Shown here piece after piece: positions 10,730-25,117 of a DNA stretch of 53,375 nucleotides. The stretch covers positions 74,904,951-74,958,325 of the forward strand of contig NC_068982.1 of NCBI RefSeq assembly GCF_001194135.2. Reading direction: 5' to 3'. The notes below the pieces were generated by a model. The model saw only the letters and a list, made by a program, of their open reading frames with translations, had not been told where the DNA came from and ran no database searches. The translations under genes and the position numbers were made by a program. The stretch's first letter is position 1. The number at the start of each line of letters is the position of its first letter. Source of the stretch: Octopus bimaculoides (lineage: Eukaryota).

Positions 10730-11360
10730 GACAGCAAGCTGGTAGAATCATTAGCACACCAGGTGAATTGCTTAGCAGCATTTCATCCAACTTTATGTTT
10801 TGAGTTCAAATTCTTCAGAGATGACACTGCTTTTCATCCTTTCTGGGTCAATAAAATAGGTACCAGTTGGACACTGAGGTTGATGTAATCAACTGACCCC
10901 CTCCCTCGAAATTGCTGGCCTTGTGGCAAATTTGAAGCTATTATCATCATCATTATCATTATTATATAAGGTAGCAAGCAGCCAGAATCATTAGCACGCT
11001 GGGCAAAATGCTTAACAGATTTCATTTGACGTTACATTCTGAGTTCAAATTCCCCAAAGGTCCACTTGCCTTTCATCTTTCAGGGTCAATGAAATAAGTA
11101 CCAGTTACACACTGGGATCAATGTAACTGACTAGCCCGCTTCTCCAAAATTTCAGGCCTTGTGCCTATTCTTGAAAGCATTATTATTATGCACAATGCTT
11201 AGCTGCATTTCATCTATCTTTACATTCTGAATTCAAATCCTGTCGACAGTCGACTTCACCTTTCATCCTTTTGGGGTCAATAAAATAAGTACCAGTTGAG
11301 TACTGGGGTCAATGTAATCGACTTATTCCCTCCCCTAAAATTGCATGGGCCCCAGAATTC
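10730..11360 (+). mobile_element. Three head-to-tail family D SINE copies
   Basis: Three repeats of ...TTCTGAGTTCAAAT...GCCTTTCATCC...GGTCAAT..AATAAGTACCAGTT, separated by ATT-rich tails. Confidence 0.8.
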
Positions 11361-13581
11361 ACTAAGTCTACCCCATATTCTTACAACCTACTCAATCATG
11401 TCACCTCCCATATTCTACCTTTATTTCTTCCAGTGTCAATTACATCATTATTATTACCATTCTAATGCTCTTCCCTCCCACATCTCCCCAACTTATGTCT
11501 CATTGGCCACTCAACTCTACCCAATTTCGACAGTTGTCACCTAATCTTCCCTATTCTCTACCTCCCCTACAGATCCTACAACATTTGTTCTTCATTTTAT
11601 TCACCCTCTCACTCATTTCCTATCCTTCTCTCTCTCATTTTCTCATACACTCTTGCAACCTCTTACCCATCCACACCTGTTTTCCTGTACCCAGTCACTT
11701 CTACTCACCTAGTAACACAAGGGTCCATCTTGACACCTTATCACAATTTTATCCCATTTCAGTTCCACTTCACTTACTCTCACCCTCCCTTCTATAATGT
11801 GAGGACCTGAGCAACTCTACAAGAGCAAGAAAACTGTTCTGTTCTGGACCCTATCACATACTCTAACCCTTCATCTAAGAGCATAAAGCAGTCGCCCTCT
11901 CTACTGAAGCCCCACTCAGTCAAAAGAGATCTTGGTCATGCAGTGAAGTCTGAATTAGTCTTTGCCTGTGGAATGATTCCATTTGCCATACCTAGTCAAT
12001 CATAGCCAACATAAGCTTGCACCACAGTTTCACACTTAATTTTAAATCAATGTTAAATGTGACTGATTTAGAGAAGTGCATTATTGTTGATCTTTCTGAT
12101 CACACATTTAAACATTAAATTACTCCTCAAACCACATCAACATGATAAAGTGGTAACAGAACAGTTATCATTTCACTGATAAGGAAACTCTCTGCTGGTA
12201 GCTATTAACATTCACCCTGACTACCACATACAATAGACTACCACATACAATACATTATGCTTTCACAAATAAAAACTGGATTCCTATTCTAGAATTAACC
12301 TACTTAATATTTTGTGATAAATGCTAGAAATCTCAAAAGAGCTATTGTCCTTTTTTCTTTCTGTCAGGTTTACTGATTAAGGTGACCTACATGCCACCAT
12401 TACTATACACAACTTTTGGCCAAGGTTACCTGTGTTGATAAGTGGAATTTCCTAACATTGTATCCTAACTTATAGGTCATCTCATGCTATCCTAACTTAT
12501 AGTTCATCTCATGCTATCACCAGATTGTTAAATTTCTAACTTTTGTTGGCAAAAAATCTATATGGATATGAAACTGTTGAGTCTAATGTTTTGTTTGAAA
12601 CATCATCATCAGCATTTAATGTCCATGTTCCATGCTGGCAGGTGTTGGACAGTTTGACAGGATCTGATGAACTGCAAGAATGCATCAGACACTAATGTCA
12701 GTCTGGGCATGGTTTCTTTTTTTTTTATGGCTAGATGCCCTCCCCAATGCTAACCACTTTATATGTATGCTGGGTACTTTTTTTCATACCACCAGCACAA
12801 GCTGGTGGCATGAAAAGTAATTTGCAAGAAAAGGGAAAAAGTCCCCTCAACAGAGTGGAGAGTGTATGTGGGAAACAGGGAGGTGGCTTTATGCCAGGTG
12901 TTGAGAGGTTAAAATATGATAGAGACAAACACAGGTGTCTTGCTACAGAGGAAATATATGGCTACTCTACATTATATAAGGGTGGGTGAGAGGAGCCAAA
13001 AAGACAGAGATGGTGGTGATAAGATGCCTGAGCAGACACTCAAAGCACAAGAGCCTAAAGCCAATCCCCATCACTTTCATCATCATTGTTTTTAACGTCC
13101 ACTTTTCCATGTTTGCATGGTTCAGTCAGAATTTATTGAGGTAGATTTTCTACAGTCAGATACCCTTATCAACTCTCATGTGCTTCTAAAGCATTGTCTT
13201 TTGTTTCCAATATTCTACAAAACCACAGGGAAGTATTACCTTGCTTAGAAACAAGTGAGGTTTGGCAACAAGAAGGACATCTGGCAAACCCTCCTACTTA
13301 GCAGAATCCATTCCATCACACAATCTGACAGCCAGAGGCTAATGAGTGCCCCCACTTCCACCTATTCAGACATAGTTGGCACCACACTTGAAAAGTGGAG
13401 TTTCCATCCTCCATGCAAATCTACACTAACAGAGCCATGGGACCTTGTAGAGGATACACTGACTACAGTAATCCCTTGTGGTTTATTATTTAAGCTTATG
13501 TTGATTCCTCCGTGGTGTTGTTTCTTGCATTTATAATAAAATAAATCTACACAAATTATAAAAATAATTTTTAAATATATA

Positions 13582-13668
13582 CAGTACAATACTATTTTTA
13601 CTTCGCAGATTTTCACCTGTCGTAAGGGGTTTTGGAATGTAACACCCACGATAATTGAGGAATTACTG
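13582..13668. mobile_element. Short Tc1/pogo(Tigger)-type MITE
   Basis: TA|CAGTA...TACTG|TA termini. Confidence 0.5.
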
Positions 13669-15234
13669 TATATCTAACTGGTAAGGTTTGGCCTCCTCCA
13701 ATGGTTGCTACTCTTTAGCCATAAAGGCTGTGACATTTCAATTCCCTATCATTAACAACTGTTCTCCCTTGGACTTGCTTCAGAGTCATGGAACACAAAT
13801 TCTTTGTGTTCCCACCCTACGCTTTCCAGGAGTTGCAGATTGATTACTGGTTGTAAGAGAAAGTGAGAGAGACAGTAGATACGTAGATCAAAAGAAAAGC
13901 TGATACATAGATACATTGTTAAATCAATGACAAATAACTACAGCAAATATTGATGTCACTTTCATTTTTCATTACCACATGAGGATAAAATTAACTCACA
14001 AGTGGCTGAGTACTCCACAAACATGCATACCATTAACGTAATTCTCAGGGAAATTCAGCCTCACACAGAATAAGACAAGGCTGGCCCCTTTGAATTACAG
14101 CTACAACTCATTTTGGCCAGCTGAGTGGACTGGAGCAAGATGAACCTTCAAGTGGTTGGGAGAAAATTTTAAAAAATCCTATATAGGGGCAGGATAATCT
14201 TTTTAGTCATTAGGGTCACTATGGATGTTAATCCAGTCCTAACAGCAGCAGTTGTGTGTCTCACAGATCTGGAGGCCAAGCCACCATATAAACACCAATG
14301 CGCAGGCTGTTGTTATCAAACTGAGCATGAGTCGAGGGCGAATAAATGACAGAATAGCAATTATTTCATCTTAGCTTTCACTGCTTATACTAAACACAAC
14401 ATTTTTGCCTTGCAATATGGAACATTTCCTTTTCTTTCCCACTTTTCAGAAAATGGCACTCCACTGGCTATGACAATGAGGTTCCTATTTATCTGATCAA
14501 TAGAACAGTCTGCTCATAAACTTAATATGCAAGTGACTGAGTACTTCACAGACATGCACACCATAAGGTAGTTCTCAGGGAGATTCAGCCTTACACAGAA
14601 TGTGACAAGGCTGGCCCCTTTGAATTACATTTGAGTGAACTGCAGCAAGGTGAAGTAGAGTACCTTGCTCAAGAACACAGCGCATCGCAGGGAATCATAC
14701 TCATGACTTTACAATCGTGGGCCAAATACCCCTAACCTCTCTTAACTGTTGAGAAAAGGAGATAAGCAATGAAGACAGAAAAAGGAAAGCATCAGTCATT
14801 TACAATGACAATTAGACTGAAATACGATTGATCTTTTCTAGCTTCATTATTTTTAGTAATGAAGAAGAGAGAAAGACATTTAGTAATGAATAGAGGGAAA
14901 GTCTTTCGGGTGTTTACATTTCTATTCTTGGAGTTCTAGAACGGTTGAATATTCTCTCTTTTTTTTCCCCACCCCCTGATACTTATTTGTCTTCTTTCAT
15001 AGTTCTTCATGTCTTTTATTTGGTGGGAAAGACCATGTTTTGTTCTCAGGCATGTTTAACGTTTTCTCTACAAGCTACAAACAAGCCCCACTCCCTTTTC
15101 ATTTTTTATACAAAAACTAACGCAAATTTTAAACGTGGTATAGCTGTGAAAAGAGCCCAGAAAAATGGGTAATACCTCCTACAAAATGGGTGGGGGTGGA
15201 AAATTGCCAATAGGTGGCTACACAAAATTCAACT

Positions 15235-15307
15235 CTATACTTTATAGCTTCAGGCTGCCCAAACCTTGTGAGTGAATTTGGTAGATGGAAACTGAAAGAA
15301 GCCCATC

Positions 15308-15386
<79 letters not shown>

Positions 15387-15590
15387 TTTATGTGTGTTTG
15401 TCTCCCCACCATCATTGCTTGACAACCGATGTTGGTGTGTTTGCATGCCCGTAACTTAGCTATTCAACAGAAGAGACTGATAGAATAAGTACCAGGCTTA
15501 CAGGGAACGAGTCCAGGGGTTGAGTTCTTTGACTAAAGGGCAGTGTTCCAGCATGGCCACCATCAAATGACTGAAACAAGTAAAAGAATA
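15235..15590 (+). mobile_element. 5'-truncated SINE family A copy with expanded (TA)/(GA)/(GATA)n core
   Basis: Homology to family A; compound microsatellite at ~15308-15386. Confidence 0.75.
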
Positions 15591-18516
15591 CCAGAAGAAC
15601 ATTCCATACCACCAAACCAAGAAGGTTCTTTGAATATGAACAATGTATTTTAAGGCTAAATAGTAATTCTGTTTACATTTGCATTACTGAGATATTTGGG
15701 TTGGATTATAAAGTTATCAGTTTTACACTTCTTTCTATATTCTGTAACTGTCACAATATAGAAACATTTTTCATGGCACCAGCACACAATTTACAAACGC
15801 TTACATTTTTTACATTTTCCATGAATTTTTTAGAGGTTCAGTTAGTTGTTGTTGTTGTTATTATTATTATCATCATTATCATCATTATTATTTTAGTACA
15901 AGGCCAGCAGTTTTGAGTGGGAAGGGTTAGTCTATTACATCAACCCCAGTACTTGACTGGTACTTATTTTATAAACCTCAAAAAGATGAAAGGTAAAGTT
16001 GATCTCAGCAGGACTCATAACAAATAGCCAGAGAAAATACAAGTCTGATGTTCTAACAATTCTGCTAATACACTACTACCACCATCATAATAACAATAAT
16101 GATAGAATAGAATATTTTGAAATTGATTAATTTGTATAGAGTTTAAGATCTAGGTTAACAAAAATACAGTGTGTATGTGTGTGTATTTATGTATACACAT
16201 ACACACAAAGAGGTACGGCAAAGTCAAAGAATACCTAGAAGCTTATAGAATAAAAAGGTATTTCATACATTTGTTTATTTGATTCTGATTGCTATGGCAA
16301 AAAGACTTAAATAGCCTGAGGACTGTTTTTCCATGGCATTTAATACAGTACAATGTATATATAATTGAAACTCAGCTAAAAGTTAACATTGATTTTGCAG
16401 CACTGAAATAAGGAGAGAAATCATCATCGTCATTTAATGTCTGTCTTCTGTGCAGACAGGCTGGGTGGTTTGACAGAATTTAATGAACTGAAAAACTGCA
16501 TTGAGCTCTAATATCCATTTTGGCATGGTCTCCATAGGCTGGATGCCTTTTCAGTGTACTGAGTGCATTTCTTTTTGTTTTGTTTTCGTGACACCAGCAC
16601 CAGTGATTTTGCAAGGCAAGACAAAGAAGCCCCTCAACTGAATGAGGTTGTAAGTAGCGGGGAGAGCTGGCTTCATGCTAGGTGGATAACAGAGGAACAG
16701 GCTCAGGTGTCTTGTTATAGAAGAAATACATGGCTACCCTGCATTATACAAGGGGTAATGGAAGGTAATGGTTGGATCTGAACCCAGAACATAGGGAGAT
16801 ATAACTAAATACTGCACTCTACTGCCTTTTACCACTCAACTGTCAAAAGTTAATCAATTATTTATTCTTACAACTTATTGATGTGAGGATGGAAGTTTTA
16901 GAAAAATTCACCTGAAATTTTAATATATATGTGAGAATTTTACAGGGAGAAACAACTGATAAAACCTTATTCTTGTTACCTTGAATTGATTTAACTAGCT
17001 AACCTTCGTGATCTAACTGACTAACCTATATGCATAGCAGCTACAAACAAAATGATTTAAACTCTGTTCCTATGATAATACATTCAACCCTACCTTAGCA
17101 TGATAATCAGCTATTATAAATACACACATGCTCTTAGCAAATCATTTTTCAGGCTGAATATATAAATAAATCAGAACTATGCAGTTGATATACTTTCCTT
17201 ATTCTCCAAAGCTCTTTTCGTAGTTTCAAGGTGAATTTCTTTCATACAGTAATTCCAAGATATTTGTTTTGTCACACCCCCACCACGCTTGCAGAATAAC
17301 ATTCCAAATAACAGACTTAGAAAAGAACAGCTGTTCTAAAGAAAGCTCTTCTCAGTTGGTATTATTAAAAATACTTATATTATTAATTACTAAATTAAAA
17401 TCTTACTATCATAGCAAATACAATGAGTTAATAATGTATCAACAAGAAAACCTAAGTTGAATATCTATCTGTGTGTGTCTCTTTCTCTCTTTGTCTTCAC
17501 ACTGAGAGAGAGACAGAATGAAATATTAGCAGTTGGCTGAAATTATCAAAACATATGTCACTTATAATGCCTTCAGCTGCATTCTTGCAAATTTGCAATA
17601 TTAGATGGATTCATTTCTGCCATACATGAACCCAGGGAACCTATCTTTGGTAAAAGAATTGTGCTAATAGTCATGGGTCAGATAAGAGGCTGAGTTTCCT
17701 ATAGTCAGACCCCCTTTCTGTCACCAGCCTCCACTTGTTTCCATGCAAGGTAATAATCTCCCAGTCTACTGAACACCAAACAACAGCCTGGATATATTTA
17801 TATGGAGACTGCATAAATGACACTTTTCTTTACGAAGATCACACAACATGTCAAGACATGTGAAGAGAAAAAGCCTGGACATACACTTGCAGTACACTGT
17901 AAGCAAAGGAACCACCAGTGAGCCAGTGCTTATAATCAGCAAACACATAAAGATAAGGAAAATATAAATTTACTCACAAAAATACACATGCAACACAGCT
18001 ACATGTGTACACACACACAGCTACAAATGTATACACATACACACAGAATTACACATGTATACACACACACAGCTACATATGTATACACATCATACACAAC
18101 AGGCATTTTAGAGTTTCTGCTTACCAAATCCACTCACAAGGATTTGGTTGACCTAGAGTCATCATAGAAGACACTTGCCCAAGGCGCCATGCAATGGGAC
18201 TGAACCCAAAACCACATGATTCGGAAGCAAACTTCTTAAAGAACATGCGTAAACTATGTGAGAAGTATAGTCATGCCAGTCAATTGAGAACAAATGGATG
18301 CATCAATGATATTTATAACATTATACAAATAGTAGTGTTATTTAAGTAACTCCTGTCTGACTTCAGAGAGACAAGAACGACAACACTTTAAAACTCTCAT
18401 GCTATACATTATGTAGTAAATAACTCAGTAGTGGTCCTAGACAGACATTGGGAGAGCCTCGATAAAGTTCTGCATCAGCCGCATTTCCCTCAACAAACTC
18501 TTACAACCATCTTTAA

Positions 18517-18735
18517 CTCTTTTGATCCCAACCCACCTGAGACTGTCCTTAGTTCTTTGATAAATCTTCTGTTTAAAATGGTCAAAATAAGACCTTTTAT
18601 TAAAATTTCCATGTTAATTTATGTCCCAAATATTAGCTTAATAACAACAGTGTTGTTTTACTAAATTCTTCATTATTTTCAAAACTAATTGAACAAAGGC
18701 AGTTTATTTCAACAGAAATATGGTAACAAAAAGGG
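18517..18735. mobile_element. piggyBac-type MITE, family 2
   Basis: TTAA|CTCTTTTGAT...AACAAAAAGGG|TTAA; an inverted relative lies at 50026-50235. Confidence 0.65.
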
Positions 18736-19352
18736 TTAAAATGAAGACCACATATTTCCAATGCTAGAGCTTGCCCCACAACAATCCTGGATAGACCTGA
18801 ATAGGAAAATGCCAACCTAATACTATTCTAGTATCTACCCCAGTCATTTTTTGCTGAAGCAGAGTTAACTAGAGTTAAAAACACTAGCTGATATGACTAG
18901 AATTTCACAGAAATTTAAACAATCAGGGTCTGAGTTACAAATAATCGCTTAACCAGTTTTTTAATAAATGAAGCACTGAGATGAAGGTAACATTTGAAAA
19001 ACCCTTTTAAATAAATGTGAAGCTTCATATTGATGAGAAACAGCTGGAGATTATGACATTCATGCTTTTAGGTAATTATAGTAAAATGGTTATAACTGAG
19101 AAAGTTAAATATCGTTTAAGTCCTTCAACTATTTATTTCATTGAACATATTACAAGGAAAAATATTACCTCTATAAATAAGGAATTATTTATGAATGTAA
19201 TTACATCCATAACACAAACAAAAACACTACAAATACATTTCTTAACCATTTCAATTAAATAATAAAATATACTTTTTTTATGCATTTTTACTGTAGAAGA
19301 TAGTTCACAACAAAATATGTAAGTGTGTGTGCATGCATGCATACATATATAC

Positions 19353-19424
<72 letters not shown>

Positions 19425-19796
19425 NNNNNNNNNNNNNNNNNNNNNNNNNNNNNNNNNNNNNNNNNNNNNNNNNNNNNNNNNNNNNNNNNNNNNNNNNNNN
19501 NNNNNNNNNNNNNNNNNNNNNNNNNNNNNNNNNNNNNNNNNNNNNNNNNNNNNNNNNNNNNNNNNNNNNNNNNNNNNNNNNNNNNNNNNNNNNNNNNNNN
19601 NNNNNNNNNNNNNNNNNNNNNNNNNNNNNNNNNNNNNNNNNNNNNNNNNNNNNNNNNNNNNNNNNNNNNNNNNNNNNNNNNNNNNNNNNNNNNNNNNNNN
19701 NNNNNNNNNNNNNNNNNNNNNNNNNNNNNNNNNNNNNNNNNNNNNNNNNNNNNNNNNNNNNNNNNNNNNNNNNNNNNNNNNNNNNNNNNNNNNNNN
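19425..19796. other. Assembly gap (N run) after a long (GT)n
   Basis: N characters. Confidence 0.99.
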
Positions 19797-20139
19797 TATT
19801 TAAAGACTTAAATCCAAAGAAAGGACAGGGCCTCAGGTATCCAGCCAACCAGTCTGTCAGTCACAATACTTATGCTACTGAGGACAAATATGTAAAACAG
19901 AAAAGAAAAGTCAACAGATAAAGTTAAGTGGCCAAACAATCAGAGAAAGTCCAGCTGACAGGAGATAGTCAACAACTTTAAATACTTAGTTGTTTCTCTC
20001 CACAATATGATATAGCTACATGATGGGACAGGGTGAGGGAGGGAATGTGGTGGTTTACATGTGTACACACACACACACACAGATTTAAATGCACAGGCAG
20101 GCTGTTGTTTGAGTTTTGTCTGTCTTATCTTTTATCTTT

Positions 20140-20465
20140 TGCTTGTCTCAGTCATTGGGCGGCAGTCATGCTGGGGTGCCACCTTGAATGGTTTAGTGGA
20201 ACAAATCAACTCCAGTACTTATATTTCTATTTCTTTTCTATCAGTCTCTGTTGCCAAACTACTAGGTTACAGAGATGTAAATTAAACATCAGTTGTCAAG
20301 AAGTGAGTGGGGGGGTCTACATATATGACAGGCTTCTACATAGCTTCCATCTACTAAATTCAAAGCATTAATCAGCCTGGGGTTATAGCAAAAGATACTT
20401 GCTCAAGGTACTGTACAATGCGACTGAACCCAAAACTACACAGTTGCAAAGCAAGCTTCTTAAAG
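20140..20465 (-). mobile_element. Diverged SINE family A copy
   Basis: Homology to family A. Confidence 0.7.
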
Positions 20466-22435
20466 TACTCCATCCAGTGAGAGATAAAAAATCATTTAAT
20501 GTACACAGTATAAAGATATCAGTTACTAAATAGTTTCTTGCTTTGAAGGCGCAGGTCTAGGTAGGTTTTTATAACATGCCTTGTGTCTCCAAGCAATTTT
20601 CTGGTTCTGAGAACATGGTCTATTCTATTTGCAAATCAGGACACTTATACAAGAGAAATCATGACAAAAAACAAGAATGTGATGTCATCATCATTGTGGT
20701 GGTGATATAAATTGTTTACGATAGGTGACTAAAAGAAAAATGATAATGCTAAATTTTTGTAATGCAAGTATGTGAATGAAAATATAGTTCAGTTGGTAGC
20801 CAAAAGCTTACTGAATCTTTTGATACCCCTTACGTCAAAATTGGCAACTTGGTTTTGGAATGCATAAGGAACATATGCACACACACACACAAACTCTCTT
20901 TTATAGTTATAAATATATACAACAGGCTTCTTTCAGTTTCTGTCTACCAAACCCACTCACAAAACTTTCATAAGATACTTGCCCAAGGTGTCACACAGTG
21001 GGACTGAACCTGGAACCATGTGATTAGGAAGCAAGCTGCTTCCCACACAACCATACCTGAGACTATACGTATGTGTATGTGTGTACTCTTGTCTAGACAT
21101 CATAGGATATCTATAAAGAAGCATCATTGTCATACAAGCAAGGTTGTTTCTACCTAGTCTTTTGTGTAAAACATGTCTAGGTAAGAAAAACTGTCTTTCT
21201 TGGAAACAGGTGATGGCTGGCAACAGGAAGGACATCTAGTTGCAGAAAATCTGCCTCAACAAACTGCATCTGACCCATGCAAGCATGGAAAAGTGGACAT
21301 TAAATGATTATGATGATGTTCAATAAATAAATGGAATGAAACCCTGCTAACATAGCAGTAATTTACACATTGTGGTAATGTAATGAGGCTTCTGCTGAAT
21401 TTTGAACTAACTCAGATCCCCAGTTTAGGACCACAGCCCAACAATATTGCCATAAAAGGGAAAGGTCAGCAACAAGTTAACATTGCCACCATAAAATGCA
21501 TAATGCTTACATGAACATGGATCGACCAATTATCAGCTGACATGTAACCAAACAGCGTTGGACTTGAAAGTAAATTTTGTTAATTTTCTTGCCAAATATT
21601 TCTACTGAAGATGCTAAAAATTTTGACCAAATATCATAAAATCTGGGATGCTAAACCCAACAGAACAATCTCAGATGCTATACAGAACTCTGTTGGTCAG
21701 GTCAGTTTTGTGATAAGGTGTTGTCACTTTTTCTACTTGTCCAGTCTTCAATAAACAAGAACAATTTTCATATAAATATCTAAAATATTTTATGCAATGA
21801 AGTCTTAACTACCACATTCATAATTACATGTACAACCTGTTGTGCAAATGCAAATGTTCTGGCTAATAAAATGGATGGAAGCTTATACAAATATTGGTGT
21901 GGTCATTCTTACTTTCATATGCAGCCTACCTAATATTGTGTACTGCTATTGACTTAGAAATACAAATTAATGACTATGTAATGAATGACTAAGTCTTACA
22001 GAATGATGACCCACTAAAGTAATTATCCATATATTTTTGTTCATAAAGTATTTATTGGCAAATAATTGGCATGTGATATAATTCAGGAGAGTTGAGTGAT
22101 GAATGCTCAAATGTATATCTACTCAATAAGCAAACTAGAAACTTATTTGTTGTTATATGATTACACTAAGATTTTATGCTCGAGGTGTTCTTTATATCAA
22201 AGTTACTGAATGCCCAGACAACACTTGCGGTAACCACTCTTTCTATAGACTTCACTGAAGACAGAGCTATGCACTGGTTATCTGCTTCCTTAAAGACAAG
22301 TGATGGCCTTAACATATCTCTAGAAACTCTGAGGAAATTTCTTTCCGTAGCCTTAACTAGAGTTAATTGTTATCTCTCTCACCATTCTTTTTTTCTTTTT
22401 TGAACCAAGTAAAAGCTTCCACTATACAGGTTTAA

Positions 22436-23015
22436 TCCTTTAGCATTCAGTTTATTTTGTCAAATGCAACACTTGTTCATTCACATTGTTTTGAATTAAT
22501 CATGCATGCTTACCAATCACATGGTTCTGGGTTCAGTCCCACTGCGTGGCACCTTGGGCAAGTGTCTTCTACTATAGCCTCGGGCCGACCAAAGCCTTGT
22601 GAGTGGATTTGGTAGACAGAAACTGAAAGAAGCCTGTCGTATATATGTATATATATATGTATGTATATGTGTGTATATGTTTGTGTGTCTGTGTTTGTCC
22701 CCCCAACATTGCTTGACAACCAATGGTGGTGTGTTTACGTCCCCGTAACTTAGCGGTTCGGCAAAAAGAGACCGATAGAATAAGTACTAAGCATCCAAAG
22801 AATAAGTCCTGGGGTCGATTTGCTCGACTAAAGGTGGTGCTCCAGCATGGCCACAGTCAAATGACTGAAACAAGTAAAAGAGTAAAAGAGAGTATGTGAT
22901 TGTTTATTTTTAGAATAACATTATAAGGTAGGTGTGAGAGGCCAAATCTGGCCAGTCTGAACATAAAATAAGTAAAATATTTGGGCCAGATATGGCTAAT
23001 TTAAATGATAAAGGG
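22436..23015. mobile_element. piggyBac-type MITE (family 1) interrupted by a family A SINE at ~22511-22892
   Basis: TTAA|TCCTTTAGCATT...GATAAAGGG|CTAA; the two flanking halves align to the uninterrupted copy at 43559-43774. Confidence 0.75.
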
Positions 23016-23112
23016 CTAAACATAAGAAATTATGGTAACTATCTGATATGCTCAGCACCCTAGCAATTGCATATATGCAACTTAACACTGAATGACAAAG
23101 AAAAGTAGTTAA

Positions 23113-23145
<33 letters not shown>

Positions 23146-25117
23146 TGCGCGCGCGCGCAGTAATGCCAAATGATTAAGAAGTTTGCTTCTTAATCAGAAA
23201 GTCACAGGTTCATTTTCTTCAGTCTCTGGTTGACCCTTACTTTGTATGTGGAACTGGATAGATTGTACTTTCAGTTTAAAGGTTGAGGCATGTCGCACTG
23301 TATCACATTGATTCTAATTGGAGAAATTATCCTGAAGGTGCAAGTGCCAATTACATGCTAATTTAATGAACCTGGTAGTTCAGTTGATCAAACATCTGAA
23401 AACTTATGATCAGGAATTCTGAGATACACACACACACACACACACATATAATAGTGGTGTGCCAGCACGGTCACAGCCTATAACTGAAACCAGTAAAAGA
23501 TAAACCAAACATTTAAAAACCTCAATAATAACAGATGGCATTTTGCATTAAAAAAATTCTTCTGAATATTATAAATTCAAGTTTATGAAAATTTAGAAAA
23601 ACAGTGTGTTTCTTTTTTTTTAATTTTACAAGTAAATTGTTTATTTACTGAATACCTGAGACTAAAAGAAATCTGATATAATCTTAGATTTTAGTATAGT
23701 TATATAATCTGTCTTAGGTTATACCACTGGCATAGTGTCTGTGTTTCTTATACTGGATTAACAGCACTTGATATTGCTGAAGATTATAAATTAAAATTCT
23801 GATCAGACCAATTGGATCATGTCAAATCATCTAACCAATGCCAGCATGGAAATGGATATTAGAAGATGATGATGATGATGATGATATTTAGGTTTCATAA
23901 ATTCAATCAATTTTAAAATAATCATCCCAAAAACAAATCAAAATTAAACACTTAACTGAATCTGGAAAATTTAAAGCAGTTAAACCAGAAAAAGACAGAC
24001 TGACATTGGTTAACTGAGTTAACTAGAAAAATCAACGTCTTTTTTTTTTTCGTGGGATTTTGTGTGTGTGCGTGTGTGTATATAAAGAAAAGATTGCAAA
24101 ATTCTGTAGCTGAGAGTATCTTGTTAGAAATGTTCAGCAACTAACAAAGTAAGCTACATTAACTACAATAGCAAACAGGTTAAAGAAGCAAGTTCTAAAT
24201 ATATTTATTCCCTGATTGTGAGAAATATAACAAAATGTGGATACGGTTAGAAACAAATAGGCCAGTCTGACTGGTTAAAATATGTTGAGTCAGGGAGTAA
24301 ATTTATAATGTGAAGAATGTATGTCATTGCATGATGTTAAACATGTTAATACTTAATGAAAACTTAATCATTATTAATATATTTAGTTATTAATTCTGAC
24401 ATCATCATTTAAAAACAAAAAATTCCTTAATATCAGTTAGTTTCATTCTCACAAAATCATCAACTACGTTCTTGTTGTAAGTGATTTTTCAAGTATGTAA
24501 GATATCCACCGTCTTACCAATTAGATCATAGAAATAATATATTCATTCATAGTGGTAAATAATTTTAGAAGCCACAGATATTTATTTATATATGTATATA
24601 TATATTAGAGCAGCCCTTATTTTCCAACTTTCTAAAAGTTTAGTTCCCACTCCACTATCTTGTTCCATTTAACAAAACAAACAATCTATGCAATATTTTA
24701 GCTCAATTGAACAACTGCAAGACAACTCTCATCGACCATGAAATTTTGAAGTTTTCGCCTGGAAAGTCATTTTTTCAGATAAATTTTTTATCTCTTATAT
24801 AATTTTCTCTTAAATTAAAAACTTGTTCAGACTTATTCTTGGTAATAGAAGGAAAAGTGACAATAAATATGGGGAAGGCAATTTGCAAAGCTGGGGACAG
24901 AGCACAGGTATAGGGCAAACACCTAGTTTTCACTGCTATCCAGTCAGTGGCCAGCCGTGAGCAAGTGAAGTTCTGAGTTGCATTCGTCCATTGAAAGAAT
25001 TGTACTGCACCTAATGGTAGTGTTGAGAAATAAAATATTAAGAAATATACGTTAGTGATAAACAGTGAACTAATATGACTTGTCCGCATTTGTAGATATA
25101 AGTTAATTTATTTGTAA

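Noticed and set aside
12461-12517. Short tandem duplication (TATCCTAACTTATAG...CATCTCATGC x2); a similar one at ~12220-12250
   Set aside because: Ordinary slippage duplication with no sign of function.
19288-19921. Long ORFs in the ORF track spanning N runs (also 25324-26635, 34780-35187, 38116-38493)
   Set aside because: They are artefacts of unknown bases and dinucleotide repeats; only the Helitron helicase tail at 25328-25397 is real.
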